Shown here one piece after another: positions 25,071-34,184 of a stretch of DNA of 35,603 nt. The translations under genes were made by a program, and so were the position numbers. Position 1 is the first letter of the stretch. The number at the start of each line of letters is the position of its first letter. Source of the stretch: an archaeon (GTDB lineage Archaea > Nanobdellota > Nanobdellia > Pacearchaeales > GW2011-AR1); contig JBDRNU010000017.1 in the NCBI GenBank assembly GCA_043810775.1, forward strand, positions 1 to 35,603, written 5' to 3'. The notes under the pieces were generated by a model, which saw nothing but the letters and a program-made list of their open reading frames with translations, had not been told where the DNA came from and did no database searches.

Positions 25071-26150
25071 CTAAATCAAAACTTTCCCCATTTTAAGAGA
25101 TTTATAAGCTGCAATATACATCCCAGCGCTCCAAGCCTGCAATTCCCCATAATTTCTTTTAGTTATAGGATGAATCCACTCTGGAAAGTTTCCCCGCAAG
25201 TTACATTCTGCCAGTTTCTTTAATTCTTGCTCAGCTTCTCTAAACTTTCCCATTTTCACTAGAGCAAGAACATAAAACCCTCCAATAAAAGTCCAGATTC
25301 CACCATTAAGATAACTATTAGGATTTCCAGCAGCACAATCAATATAATAATCCTGCCAATGTTTGCTTTCCCTGTTTATAGGAGGATATATAGCCTTCAT
25401 AGGATATGGTTTGTTGATTTTTTTCTTTTCAATATAATTCAAAATCTTACTCGCTTGTTTCCTATCTGCAACTCCAAAAATAATTGCAAGTAAATTTCCT
25501 AGTGAATCAAACCAATCTCCTATTTCCTTATACTTATTATGGTTTTTCCATCTATAAGAATAATAATATTCATTCCCCCATAACTTATCATCCTCATTTT
25601 TATTGACTCTTTTCCTCAGCTTTCTTGCCTTTCTTCTTTTTCCAGCAAGATTTAAAACCTCATAATATAAAGCTTGAGTATTAATTGTATGTCCATATCT
25701 ATGTGGAAAAGCATCCTGCCAGTCGCTTGTTGGAAGCTGTTCCAGCATGCTATCTTCCCCCATATCTTGGTATTCCAGCCAAGTCAGGGCTTTTTCAATA
25801 GCTTTCTTATGTGAATTAAATAAAGAATTGTCTTTGTATCTCTTCCTATAAATATACTCTCCAATAATAAACCATAAGCTAGAATCAATTGATTTATAAT
25901 CTGCTTTTCTTCCAATCACCGCATTTGGAATCTGGCCGTGGTTGCTCTGGTTTTCTTCTAGTGTAACTAAACTTTTTTTAAATATTTCCTTAAATTCGTC
26001 TCCTGCTAAGCTGGCTCCTATCAAAGAAATCATACTATCCCTTGCCCAAACCCCCCTGTACCCTTTTATTCCCCCGGAAGCGAATAATCCCTTCTTAGTA
26101 CTGCAGACTCTTATTACCTCTTTTGATTTATCATAGGCTTCATCTAACAT
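25071..26150 (-). CDS. Six-hairpin glycoside hydrolase (GH100 alkaline/neutral invertase-like or amylo-alpha-1,6-glucosidase-like)
   Basis: Start placed at ATG 26150 (MLDEAY); motifs VWARDS, GQIPN, DSSLWFII, DWQD, FDSLGNLLAI, YLNGGIW, FPEW and QAWSAG. Confidence 0.8.
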   Translation of the reverse strand: MLDEAYDKSKEVIRVCSTKKGLFASGGIKGYRGVWARDSMISLIGASLAGDEFKEIFKKSLVTLEENQSNHGQIPNAVIGRKADYKSIDSSLWFIIGEYIYRKRYKDNSLFNSHKKAIEKALTWLEYQDMGEDSMLEQLPTSDWQDAFPHRYGHTINTQALYYEVLNLAGKRRKARKLRKRVNKNEDDKLWGNEYYYSYRWKNHNKYKEIGDWFDSLGNLLAIIFGVADRKQASKILNYIEKKKINKPYPMKAIYPPINRESKHWQDYYIDCAAGNPNSYLNGGIWTFIGGFYVLALVKMGKFREAEQELKKLAECNLRGNFPEWIHPITKRNYGELQAWSAGMYIAAYKSLKMGKVLI

Positions 26151-26172
26151 TACTATATTAATTAATCTAGTT

Positions 26173-26409
26173 TTAAATATCTTTATCTTTTTCGCTGAAT
26201 ATTTCCTCGCACTCATCAACTGCTGACACCAGTGCTGCCACATTCATCTGAGGATGCCTGTACTTATCACAAATAGAAGGCCCATCATAACCCTTATCTG
26301 TCATTGCTTGTTTAATTTCACTTAATACTCTATTGCACTCTTCGGGGCCAGATTGATAGTGCATTCTTTCTATATATTTTTTGGAAAGCTGAATAAATAA
26401 ATTTACCAT
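26173..26409 (-). CDS. Hypothetical protein (78 aa)
   Basis: ATG start 1 bp after the purF stop; fills the gap exactly; no recognised motif. Confidence 0.5.
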   Translation of the reverse strand: MVNLFIQLSKKYIERMHYQSGPEECNRVLSEIKQAMTDKGYDGPSICDKYRHPQMNVAALVSAVDECEEIFSEKDKDI

Positions 26410-26410
26410 T

Positions 26411-27931
26411 TTATAATTTTAGTTTTTGCTGAATAAGCCTGCCAGCTTCAGTAGGATAATTTCCATTTAAACAAGCTAAGCACAATTCATTATAACTTAA
26501 GCCACAAGCACTAACTAACCCCTGCACAGTCTGATAAACCATTGAGTCTGCGCCAATCTCATGCGCAACCCCTTTTTCCAAATCTTCCTTAAACCTAGCC
26601 CCAATTAACTCGCCTTTAGTGGGAAAATCAATGCCATAAAAACAAGGGCAGATAATAGGTGGTTCAGTGGCTCTAAAGTGAACTTCTAAAGCCCCAGCGC
26701 TCCTAATCATTGCAATCACAATCTTGCTGGTCTCTCCTCTGACAATACTATCTTCAATTAAAATAATTTTCTTTCCTTTTATTCTTCCAGAAATAACCCC
26801 ATACTTGCTATTCATAATCCTTGCCCTTTCACCCTCTTTATTAATAAATCCTCTATCAGTTCCGTCTCTAGTTATCGCTTGTGTTAAATTTAATCCAAAA
26901 TATTTCGCATAAGCCTCAGCTGCAGGAATAGCTGTATTTGGAACAGGCACAACAACATAATTTCCCTTATTTCTGAGAATATCCTCTTTCAAAGGTTCAT
27001 TGATTGCTAGGTTTATACCTAATTTCTCCCTAGTCTCATTAACAGAAATCCCATCAACAACAGAATTAGCCCTTGCAAAATAAACTCTTTCAAAATGGCA
27101 GTGTGCTTTCCTGTGTCCTGGAAAAAGATTTCTCATCTTTAGTTCCTTACCATTAAAAATCATGCAAGTTCCGGGTTCTGGTGATTTAAAATTTTTTATC
27201 CCTATTCTTTCCAAAGCAACACTTTCTGAAGCAACAGCAAAATAATCCTCATTTTCCCCATAAACTAGTGGTTTAAATCCAAAAGGGTCTCTCCACACAA
27301 CCAGCTCCCCGTTTGCAAACATAAAAACAACATTATAAGCTCCATCCATTTTTTCCATTACTCTTCTGCTCGCCTCAAAAAAATCAGGCTTCCCTCCGCC
27401 CCTCTCAAGTGAAAGCTGATTAAGAGTCTTGGAAATCAAATGCATCATAACTTCAGTATCTACCTTAGTATCAAGCAGATAATCTTCAGCCATTTCCTTT
27501 TTCAGTTCATCATAATTTACTAAATTGCCATTAAAAGCAATTGAAAATCTCTTCCATAATCTCGGATGATTCCTGAAAAAAGGTTGCGCCTCTTCAATCA
27601 AGTCTAGATGATGTATAGCACTTCCAGCAGTAGCATACCTTACATGTCCAATTCCAGCAGTCCCCTTGAAATATTCTAGATTTTCCTCAAACTCCTTCTT
27701 GATATTTGCCTTAAAAACACTAGTAACAGTTCCTAAATTTCTCAATAGCTTAAGTCTTTTTTCATAATCCTCATTAAAAGGATTATATACAGAAATTCCC
27801 GCACTTAACTGTCCCCTATGCTGAAGCTTGGAAAGCATCTCATACAATAATGCAGGAACAATCTCTTTTCTTAAGGGTTTTTTTAGGTATACTGCAGCTA
27901 TACCACACTCTTCACCTACTTTAGCTGGCAT
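26411..27931 (-). CDS. purF: Amidophosphoribosyltransferase
   Basis: Propeptide then EE|CGI, LQHRGQ, GHVRYAT, NGNL, C.FE.VYFAR, PVPN, EDSIVRG.T, PCFYGID and LCLAC (Fe-S ligands). Confidence 0.92.
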   Translation of the reverse strand: MPAKVGEECGIAAVYLKKPLRKEIVPALLYEMLSKLQHRGQLSAGISVYNPFNEDYEKRLKLLRNLGTVTSVFKANIKKEFEENLEYFKGTAGIGHVRYATAGSAIHHLDLIEEAQPFFRNHPRLWKRFSIAFNGNLVNYDELKKEMAEDYLLDTKVDTEVMMHLISKTLNQLSLERGGGKPDFFEASRRVMEKMDGAYNVVFMFANGELVVWRDPFGFKPLVYGENEDYFAVASESVALERIGIKNFKSPEPGTCMIFNGKELKMRNLFPGHRKAHCHFERVYFARANSVVDGISVNETREKLGINLAINEPLKEDILRNKGNYVVVPVPNTAIPAAEAYAKYFGLNLTQAITRDGTDRGFINKEGERARIMNSKYGVISGRIKGKKIILIEDSIVRGETSKIVIAMIRSAGALEVHFRATEPPIICPCFYGIDFPTKGELIGARFKEDLEKGVAHEIGADSMVYQTVQGLVSACGLSYNELCLACLNGNYPTEAGRLIQQKLKL

Positions 27932-27984
27932 AAAAACAAAAACAAGAATTAGTTTTTAAATTCATTTATACTGTAAAATATACT

Positions 27985-29127
27985 TTACCACTCTTTGAAC
28001 ATTTTAGGTAATTTAGGAGCTTTCTGCCCCTGATAATCTCCAGAATATATTTTAAAAGTGGGTTCAAAGTGTTCAATATCCCCTTTTTTTACATCATCAA
28101 AAACAACAATTCCTGCACTATCTCCTGTTCTTATTTTTCTCCTTACATTTGAATAACACTCTAAAGTTATCTCTCCACGAAAACCTGGCTGAAAAAATCC
28201 TGCGAAGTCAGTCCATAACCCAGTCCCACTTTTATGATGTGCCCTTGAAAGCCTTCCACAAATATCTCCAAGAATAATTTCCTCTCTTGTTCCAAACAAA
28301 TAAAAAACATTTGGCTCAACTATGCTTTCATTCCCAGGTTCAATTCTTTCAAAATACTTCCCAGGATCTACCAACCCCCTCATATCCATATCAATTGGCT
28401 CATCACACTTTCTGGCTTTGTAAGCAAAATCAGTTGAAAAAGTCATTTCTAATCCATGCTCACTTAATCTCTCGTCAAAAACATCTCTTTCATTTTCAAC
28501 TAGCTTAACCTTCCAACTCTCTTTTAGCTCCCCATTGCCTAAAAAATCACTCCCTTTATATCTTAAAAAAGCCTGAAATAATCTTGTCTCTCCGGGCCTG
28601 ATAATAATTGGAAATGCAAACAGCTGAACAGCTACAATTTTCTCCCCATCAATAGTCTCGCCAACATGATGGCTCATGCAGCCTACTCTTCCAGTAGTGC
28701 TTCTAGAATCAATCAACATATCATAATTCCCCATAAGAGAAAACCTTTCATAAGTAGGAATATAATAAACTTTTCTCCCATTTTCATCTGGCTCTAAAAC
28801 AAACTCTCGCCCTTCTTCAATTTTTAATTTATCTAGCCTAGCCCAGTCAAACTCATTAACTTCAGGAAAAAAAGTATCTGAAACAGCTATTGTCTGCCCT
28901 ACTCTTAGCTCAAAACCAACAGGCTTATACTGGTCTTCTAATAATTCAGGCTCAACCATAGAAAAAACTCTCTTATCAACATCAGGACATCTATCCCTAT
29001 CTTCATCTAAATCAGGCATTAATCTATGCACCTTGCCACTTTCTGATTCCCAAGCTCTGCCTTCTAATATTTCCTCACTCTTAGTTCCAGAAAAAAATCC
29101 CTTTGTTCTGCGCTTCAATATTACCAT
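27985..29127 (-). CDS. dcd: Two-domain dCTP deaminase (DCD-like, dUTPase-fold tandem)
   Basis: P.GFELR, DSRSTTGRVG, AGFFQPGFRGEITLE and YQGQ..PKLPK.F; 380 aa with two dUTPase-like repeats. Confidence 0.75.
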   Translation of the reverse strand: MVILKRRTKGFFSGTKSEEILEGRAWESESGKVHRLMPDLDEDRDRCPDVDKRVFSMVEPELLEDQYKPVGFELRVGQTIAVSDTFFPEVNEFDWARLDKLKIEEGREFVLEPDENGRKVYYIPTYERFSLMGNYDMLIDSRSTTGRVGCMSHHVGETIDGEKIVAVQLFAFPIIIRPGETRLFQAFLRYKGSDFLGNGELKESWKVKLVENERDVFDERLSEHGLEMTFSTDFAYKARKCDEPIDMDMRGLVDPGKYFERIEPGNESIVEPNVFYLFGTREEIILGDICGRLSRAHHKSGTGLWTDFAGFFQPGFRGEITLECYSNVRRKIRTGDSAGIVVFDDVKKGDIEHFEPTFKIYSGDYQGQKAPKLPKMFKEW

Positions 29128-29133
29128 TTTGAA

Positions 29134-32100
29134 TTACATCCACTTCCCTAAAGCCTCTTGTTTTTCAGTTTCCCTGCCAAAAACACTCTCAATATAACTC
29201 TTAGTCAGATCTAAACTCTGCCTAACATAAGCAGGAACTTCAAAATTTTCACTTAGATCAATAGCTGGCTGCAAATATTTTACTATGCTTCCTTGCGAAA
29301 TAGTAAATATAATCTTTCCATTACACTTAATGCACTTCCCAGCTAAAGGGGGTCGCCTATATTTTTCATTGCAAGTACTGCACCTAAAAACCTGTTGAGA
29401 AAACTTTCTTAAATTTCCCCTTATATCACGAATAAAATGCCTCTCAATAACAAGTCTTGCAACATCAGCAGTATCAACTGCCCTTATCTTTTCAGCAAGA
29501 TTCATCTGACATGCTACCTTTTCAGCCATTGTTCCTAATTTTTTGTAAGCAGAACATAACACTCCTTCATTAATATCATCTGTCTCATATTCATACCATA
29601 AATTAGTAAATTCCTCCTTTCCAAGCCTGTCTTTTATCCTTTCAATCTTAACCTCACTTGGATGTAAAAATTTATCACCTGCTTCATACAACTCTAAAGG
29701 AAGCTCTCGGACTATATCAATATCTAATAACATATCATCAACCTCTCCTGCCCTTATCCTTGCATTTAAAACTAAAGGAGCATCCTGAGTTCCCCCCCTA
29801 TGCGATGGTAAATACTCTCTTGAAAAATTTAATAACATATCTAGTAAAAGCATCATGGCAGCTTCGTCACCATCACAGTCTCTCCTCATAGCAGCATGAA
29901 TATAAGGGCTAGCTAAAAAAGTCTGGCTTTTTGAAAAACCAATAATTCTTCCTGCAACACAAGCACAGTTATGGGGGGCAATGCAAGCAACAAGATGACC
30001 CACCAAATCATCTCTTGACTTTATATTATAAAATGGCTTTAACCCATAAAATCTTACAAGCAAAGAATCTACAAATCTTGTAATCCTTACAAAAACATCA
30101 TCTGCCTTTTCATCCATGCTTTCAGGGCAGGCAGGTAGCAGCAGATCATGGGGTTTTATCTCTAGAATTTGATTATCATTTTCAAGCCCCTTTCCAAAAA
30201 TATCCTTCTTATAATCCATTTCTATTAATTTCTCAACGCTTGTCTCAATTTCCTTAGGTTTAAAATGAGTTATAGGAAGCTCAGTTGCATCAAATCTAAT
30301 AGTCCCATCTTTATTTACATTTAATCCAAAAAAAGCTCTTAATAAGCCTTTTGCAAGATTCTCAGGAACATGCTCTTTATTACTTGTCCCTCTGACTCCT
30401 TTCACAAGCTTAGGCATCTCTTCTGGAAAAAGACCTAAATGCTTTACAGCAGCATCATAATATTTCTTGCTGTCAATCCTCTTTGAAACATATCCTTGCC
30501 CTAAAGTATGATAAGGGCACTTATCAGAAGAAAATTTCTGCTTGCACTCTCTGCAATAATTCATCTTCTCAGTCTCACTTTTACAAGTTTCACAAATAAA
30601 ATAAATTGTTTCAGTTTCACATTTTTTACAATAATATATTGGAAAATCTGCTTTTATAGTTCCAACTGATACAGCTTCCTGCATACTTCTTAGTCTTCCA
30701 CCCTCTTCACCAACAGGAAATAAAACATTAGGGCTCCCAACTAACTTCCTTAGCTTGGCTTTTTCAGGCCTACCCATTCTAGCTCCAACAAAAGTTCCTG
30801 CCTTGTCCCTTATTCTAAACTCTGAATTAAGATTAATAATATCAATAACTTCCATATTTCTTATTTTTTTACAATACTCTCCAATATCATTTTCCAAAGA
30901 GTAATTTTCTTTTTCTACTAAGCTAGGATCTAAGCCGAAAGTAACTAGCAAAGCCTTACTATCTTCTTCACCTAATACAACATTTTCTGTAGTAACATCA
31001 TGTTCAACCCCCAACAATTCAAGGGCTCTTTTACCCTTCCTGAATCTCTCCCTTTCAGTTTTATTAAAAGGAAAAATAATTTTCTTATTAATATGTGCAT
31101 TTGAGAACCAGTCTAAAAAATCCATAAGAAATTTATAAGAAATCTGAGTCCAGTAATAAATAAAATTAGGGTGTAAAGATAAGTTATATTTTTTGCTTAG
31201 CTCCATTGCCTTTTCAAGGCTAACATTATAAATATCATCTATATCAATTTTGTCGCCTTTTTCTTTTGCAGCTTTTTTCAATTCCTGAAACCAAATCTGT
31301 TCCACATATCCTGCAGGCATTAATATATGATTTCTATTAATAAAATCACCATAAGGTACTAATATATCTCCAACATAAATTATTTCACTTACAGTTTTAT
31401 TGTATTTTTGAATGTCTTCTTTTGTTCTGAATTTCTTAACACTACCATCATTCAGTTTAACTATTGGCCCGTCAATCGAATTACAAGCAGAAATAGCAGT
31501 ACCTTTAGTAGGTCTCTCAGTTTTCAGTTGCGTGCCTGTAGCAATAAAATCATTTAATACATACATAGTCTCAGGATGAATGCTTAAAGCTGAATATCCA
31601 GAAACTCTTCCTCTCCCATATCGCATTCGAAATCCTCCTGAACGTGAAGGATGTCCTAAAACTGGCCTGCCAGCTACTAAATCTTGAATATAAACTGCAG
31701 AAGCATTTACATCTTTTTTAACATCTCTGAGTTTTTTTTGTAACTCGCAGAATTTCTCAAGAAAATCCCACCCACTTAATTTAAATCCTTTTTTCTTTAG
31801 CTTGCTAACCATTCTTAGTATTTTAGGGGCTTTCTGAATAATTCCCTCCCCAATAACTAAACATAATCCTGACCTTATATAATTAGTATCAACTCTTTCA
31901 AGGTCTTTATAATTGCTTACCTCTCTTTCAACACTTGGGTCTCCTGCAATCTGTATAGGTAAGTTCCTAATCATCTCTTCTATTTCTTTCTCGACAGGAA
32001 GATATTGTAAATTAGTGACTCTTTCATGATAATCATAAAGCTCAGTTATTACTCTCTTGATTTCCTCTTCACTAGGATCATATTTATCATAACCAAAAAT

Positions 32101-32610
32101 TTCCCTTAAATAATCAATAATAACTAATGAAAATGCAGCCCCTGTTCCACCTGCTGAACGTATTGGTCCTGAATAATAAGCTGTAAAATAATCTTTGCTA
32201 TCTCTTGTCTTATTAACTTTAAATTCAGTATATCCTTCAATAGGGCTGCTTACAACTCCTAGAAGAATATAAGCCATTCCCACCCTTATTCCAGCGTCAA
32301 TAGCTTCATGCAAATCTTTAAACTTGCAAAATTTTTCCTTCGCAATTTCTTCTGCAATAATCAGGCAGATCGCAGGATCTAAGCTTCCGTGCTCCTTTTC
32401 TAATTCAATAATTCTCTTGCTGATTTTAGATTCAGCTAACTGGGGGTAAACAGTAGCTATCAAATTAACTGCTCTTTCAGCTAAACTTGTAGCAAGAGGT
32501 ATCTCAACTACACTTTTAGGATCTAATCCTTTTTTTCTAGCTTCTTCAGCTACACTATAAGCTACCTTAACTTTATCTTCAATTTCCTTAAAGTATTTAT
32601 TAATTGTCAT
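29134..32610 (-). CDS. polC: DNA polymerase D large subunit DP2
   Basis: GPIRSAGGT, AGRPV, GTQLKTERP.K, GARMGRPEKA, catalytic RRDCDGDE, and C-terminal Zn finger CSTC...CIKC; no intein. Confidence 0.97.
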   Translation of the reverse strand: MTINKYFKEIEDKVKVAYSVAEEARKKGLDPKSVVEIPLATSLAERAVNLIATVYPQLAESKISKRIIELEKEHGSLDPAICLIIAEEIAKEKFCKFKDLHEAIDAGIRVGMAYILLGVVSSPIEGYTEFKVNKTRDSKDYFTAYYSGPIRSAGGTGAAFSLVIIDYLREIFGYDKYDPSEEEIKRVITELYDYHERVTNLQYLPVEKEIEEMIRNLPIQIAGDPSVEREVSNYKDLERVDTNYIRSGLCLVIGEGIIQKAPKILRMVSKLKKKGFKLSGWDFLEKFCELQKKLRDVKKDVNASAVYIQDLVAGRPVLGHPSRSGGFRMRYGRGRVSGYSALSIHPETMYVLNDFIATGTQLKTERPTKGTAISACNSIDGPIVKLNDGSVKKFRTKEDIQKYNKTVSEIIYVGDILVPYGDFINRNHILMPAGYVEQIWFQELKKAAKEKGDKIDIDDIYNVSLEKAMELSKKYNLSLHPNFIYYWTQISYKFLMDFLDWFSNAHINKKIIFPFNKTERERFRKGKRALELLGVEHDVTTENVVLGEEDSKALLVTFGLDPSLVEKENYSLENDIGEYCKKIRNMEVIDIINLNSEFRIRDKAGTFVGARMGRPEKAKLRKLVGSPNVLFPVGEEGGRLRSMQEAVSVGTIKADFPIYYCKKCETETIYFICETCKSETEKMNYCRECKQKFSSDKCPYHTLGQGYVSKRIDSKKYYDAAVKHLGLFPEEMPKLVKGVRGTSNKEHVPENLAKGLLRAFFGLNVNKDGTIRFDATELPITHFKPKEIETSVEKLIEMDYKKDIFGKGLENDNQILEIKPHDLLLPACPESMDEKADDVFVRITRFVDSLLVRFYGLKPFYNIKSRDDLVGHLVACIAPHNCACVAGRIIGFSKSQTFLASPYIHAAMRRDCDGDEAAMMLLLDMLLNFSREYLPSHRGGTQDAPLVLNARIRAGEVDDMLLDIDIVRELPLELYEAGDKFLHPSEVKIERIKDRLGKEEFTNLWYEYETDDINEGVLCSAYKKLGTMAEKVACQMNLAEKIRAVDTADVARLVIERHFIRDIRGNLRKFSQQVFRCSTCNEKYRRPPLAGKCIKCNGKIIFTISQGSIVKYLQPAIDLSENFEVPAYVRQSLDLTKSYIESVFGRETEKQEALGKWM

Positions 32611-32623
32611 TTCAAAATAAATA

Positions 32624-34183
32624 TCAGCTAAAATCTAAGATTTTGATTGCTTTTGTCTTTAAATTTAAAACTGGAACCTTGCAAGGATCAGGATTATTTC
32701 CAACTTTTTCTTCAAAAGGAGTCATTGATTGCCAGCAAGAACTGCAGACAATTAAGATATTATTATAAGTGTCAACGTCAGGTCTGTGCAAATCACCAGT
32801 TGTGATAACGTCAGGAACCTCACTTATTAATAAAGGGTCTTTATTTTCATTTGGAATATAAGTTACAGAAGAATGAATAGGTGCAAGATGCCTTCTTTTC
32901 AGCATTTCCTTTACAACTTTGGCAGGAGTATCGTGGCCTTTGTTTAATCTCAAATAATCTATTTCTGTAATAAAATTAGTCATACTCGCCCCATGATACA
33001 TTAACACCCTTACTCCTCTTTTCCCATTATTTGTTATCTCAATCATCGCTGGATTGCTCAATAATATAATATTATCTAAAGAATATAAAACCTCAGCATA
33101 TTTTTTGTCAATCATTGGTTGAGGTTCAGCAACTCTTACAGCATCGTGCTGCCCTGGAATAATCATAATAGTTATATCTTTCCTCAACTTGCCTAAAAAA
33201 TAAGCTAATTGCTGATACTGCTCTTTTATATCTTTTATACTAAGCAATTCCTCCTGCCCTGGAAATACCCCTACCCCATCTACATTATCTCCAGTTAAAA
33301 AAAGATATTTCACTTTCTTAGCTTCTTCTCTTTGATTTTCATCACCAACCTCTCCATTTAACCAGTCTATAAATTTTACAAAATTATCCTCAAGAAAATT
33401 AGTGCTGCCAATATGAATATCAGAAATAAAAGCAGCACACTCATCTTTTTCCAAACAAGTCTTTTCAGCAAGAATTATATCAGGATAGATAATTTCATTT
33501 GCAAACAGAATATCTTTATTTCCAGTGCATTTTATTCCTATAATATCATCTAATAATATATTTTTTGCTTTATCATAAACTGGTTTGTTGTTGTTAACTA
33601 AAACTGAAATCCTTCCAGTTAAATCTTCTACAGTAAGAAGTATGTTTTTATTTTTAGTTACTCTTTTTGAATGCACAATTCCAATAATAGAAATTCCTTG
33701 CCTATCTCCAGAAATCTTATTAATAGAAACTAAATTATCAAGTTCAGACCGGTTTAACATTATATTTTTCATCTCAGAATACCTGCTGCGAAAATACTTA
33801 GTAAAATCCTCAACACTAAGCTTTTTTACTGGATTAATTGGTGAAGCTATTATTTTTATATTCTTAAAAACCTGTTCTTCACTTTCATCTCTAGGAGTAT
33901 CTTGAATTTTTTGAGAAACTTTCTCTTTAGATATTTCAATACTTATACCTAAATTAATCTTAATTTTCTCAACTGTCTTTTCATCAATTATAATATTTTG
34001 AATTTGATCAACATTTTTCGCGAAGAAGTTTTTAGAAATTATCTTTTCTTTAGAAATAATACTAATCTGATCTATAATTTGTTTTATCGCTTTTTCGTCA
34101 CCTAAATTTTCAAGTAATTTATAAGCATCCTGATCTAATAAAATCCCTCTTTCCATACAAAACTTTAAAATTTGACTATCCAT
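32624..34183 (-). CDS. polB: DNA polymerase D small subunit DP1 (proofreading exonuclease)
   Basis: OB fold (EDLTG), then SDIHIGS, GDNVDGVG..PGQ, PGQHDAVR.AEPQP, YHG, RRHLAP and SCWQ. Confidence 0.95.
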   Translation of the reverse strand: MDSQILKFCMERGILLDQDAYKLLENLGDEKAIKQIIDQISIISKEKIISKNFFAKNVDQIQNIIIDEKTVEKIKINLGISIEISKEKVSQKIQDTPRDESEEQVFKNIKIIASPINPVKKLSVEDFTKYFRSRYSEMKNIMLNRSELDNLVSINKISGDRQGISIIGIVHSKRVTKNKNILLTVEDLTGRISVLVNNNKPVYDKAKNILLDDIIGIKCTGNKDILFANEIIYPDIILAEKTCLEKDECAAFISDIHIGSTNFLEDNFVKFIDWLNGEVGDENQREEAKKVKYLFLTGDNVDGVGVFPGQEELLSIKDIKEQYQQLAYFLGKLRKDITIMIIPGQHDAVRVAEPQPMIDKKYAEVLYSLDNIILLSNPAMIEITNNGKRGVRVLMYHGASMTNFITEIDYLRLNKGHDTPAKVVKEMLKRRHLAPIHSSVTYIPNENKDPLLISEVPDVITTGDLHRPDVDTYNNILIVCSSCWQSMTPFEEKVGNNPDPCKVPVLNLKTKAIKILDFS

Positions 34184-34184
34184 C

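Noticed and set aside
3675-26243. Long N-terminal extensions in ORF calls 3675 (hydD), 6175 (protease), 11496 (PfkB), 11450 (secreted protein) and 26243 (glycosidase)
   Set aside because: They overlap neighbouring genes or promoter gaps; family-typical N-termini begin at the internal ATGs 3738, 6100, 11400, 11531 and 26150.
29860-29900. Possible intein at the DP2 catalytic motif (a known intein site)
   Set aside because: The sequence runs uninterrupted as HAAMRRDCDGDE and the protein has normal length (1158 aa).
23-33905. Numerous short antisense or alternate-frame ORFs in the track (e.g. 383-586, 3031-3360, 5886-6335, 20474-20791, 33585-33905)
   Set aside because: They are shadows of well-supported genes, with no motifs or independent start signals.
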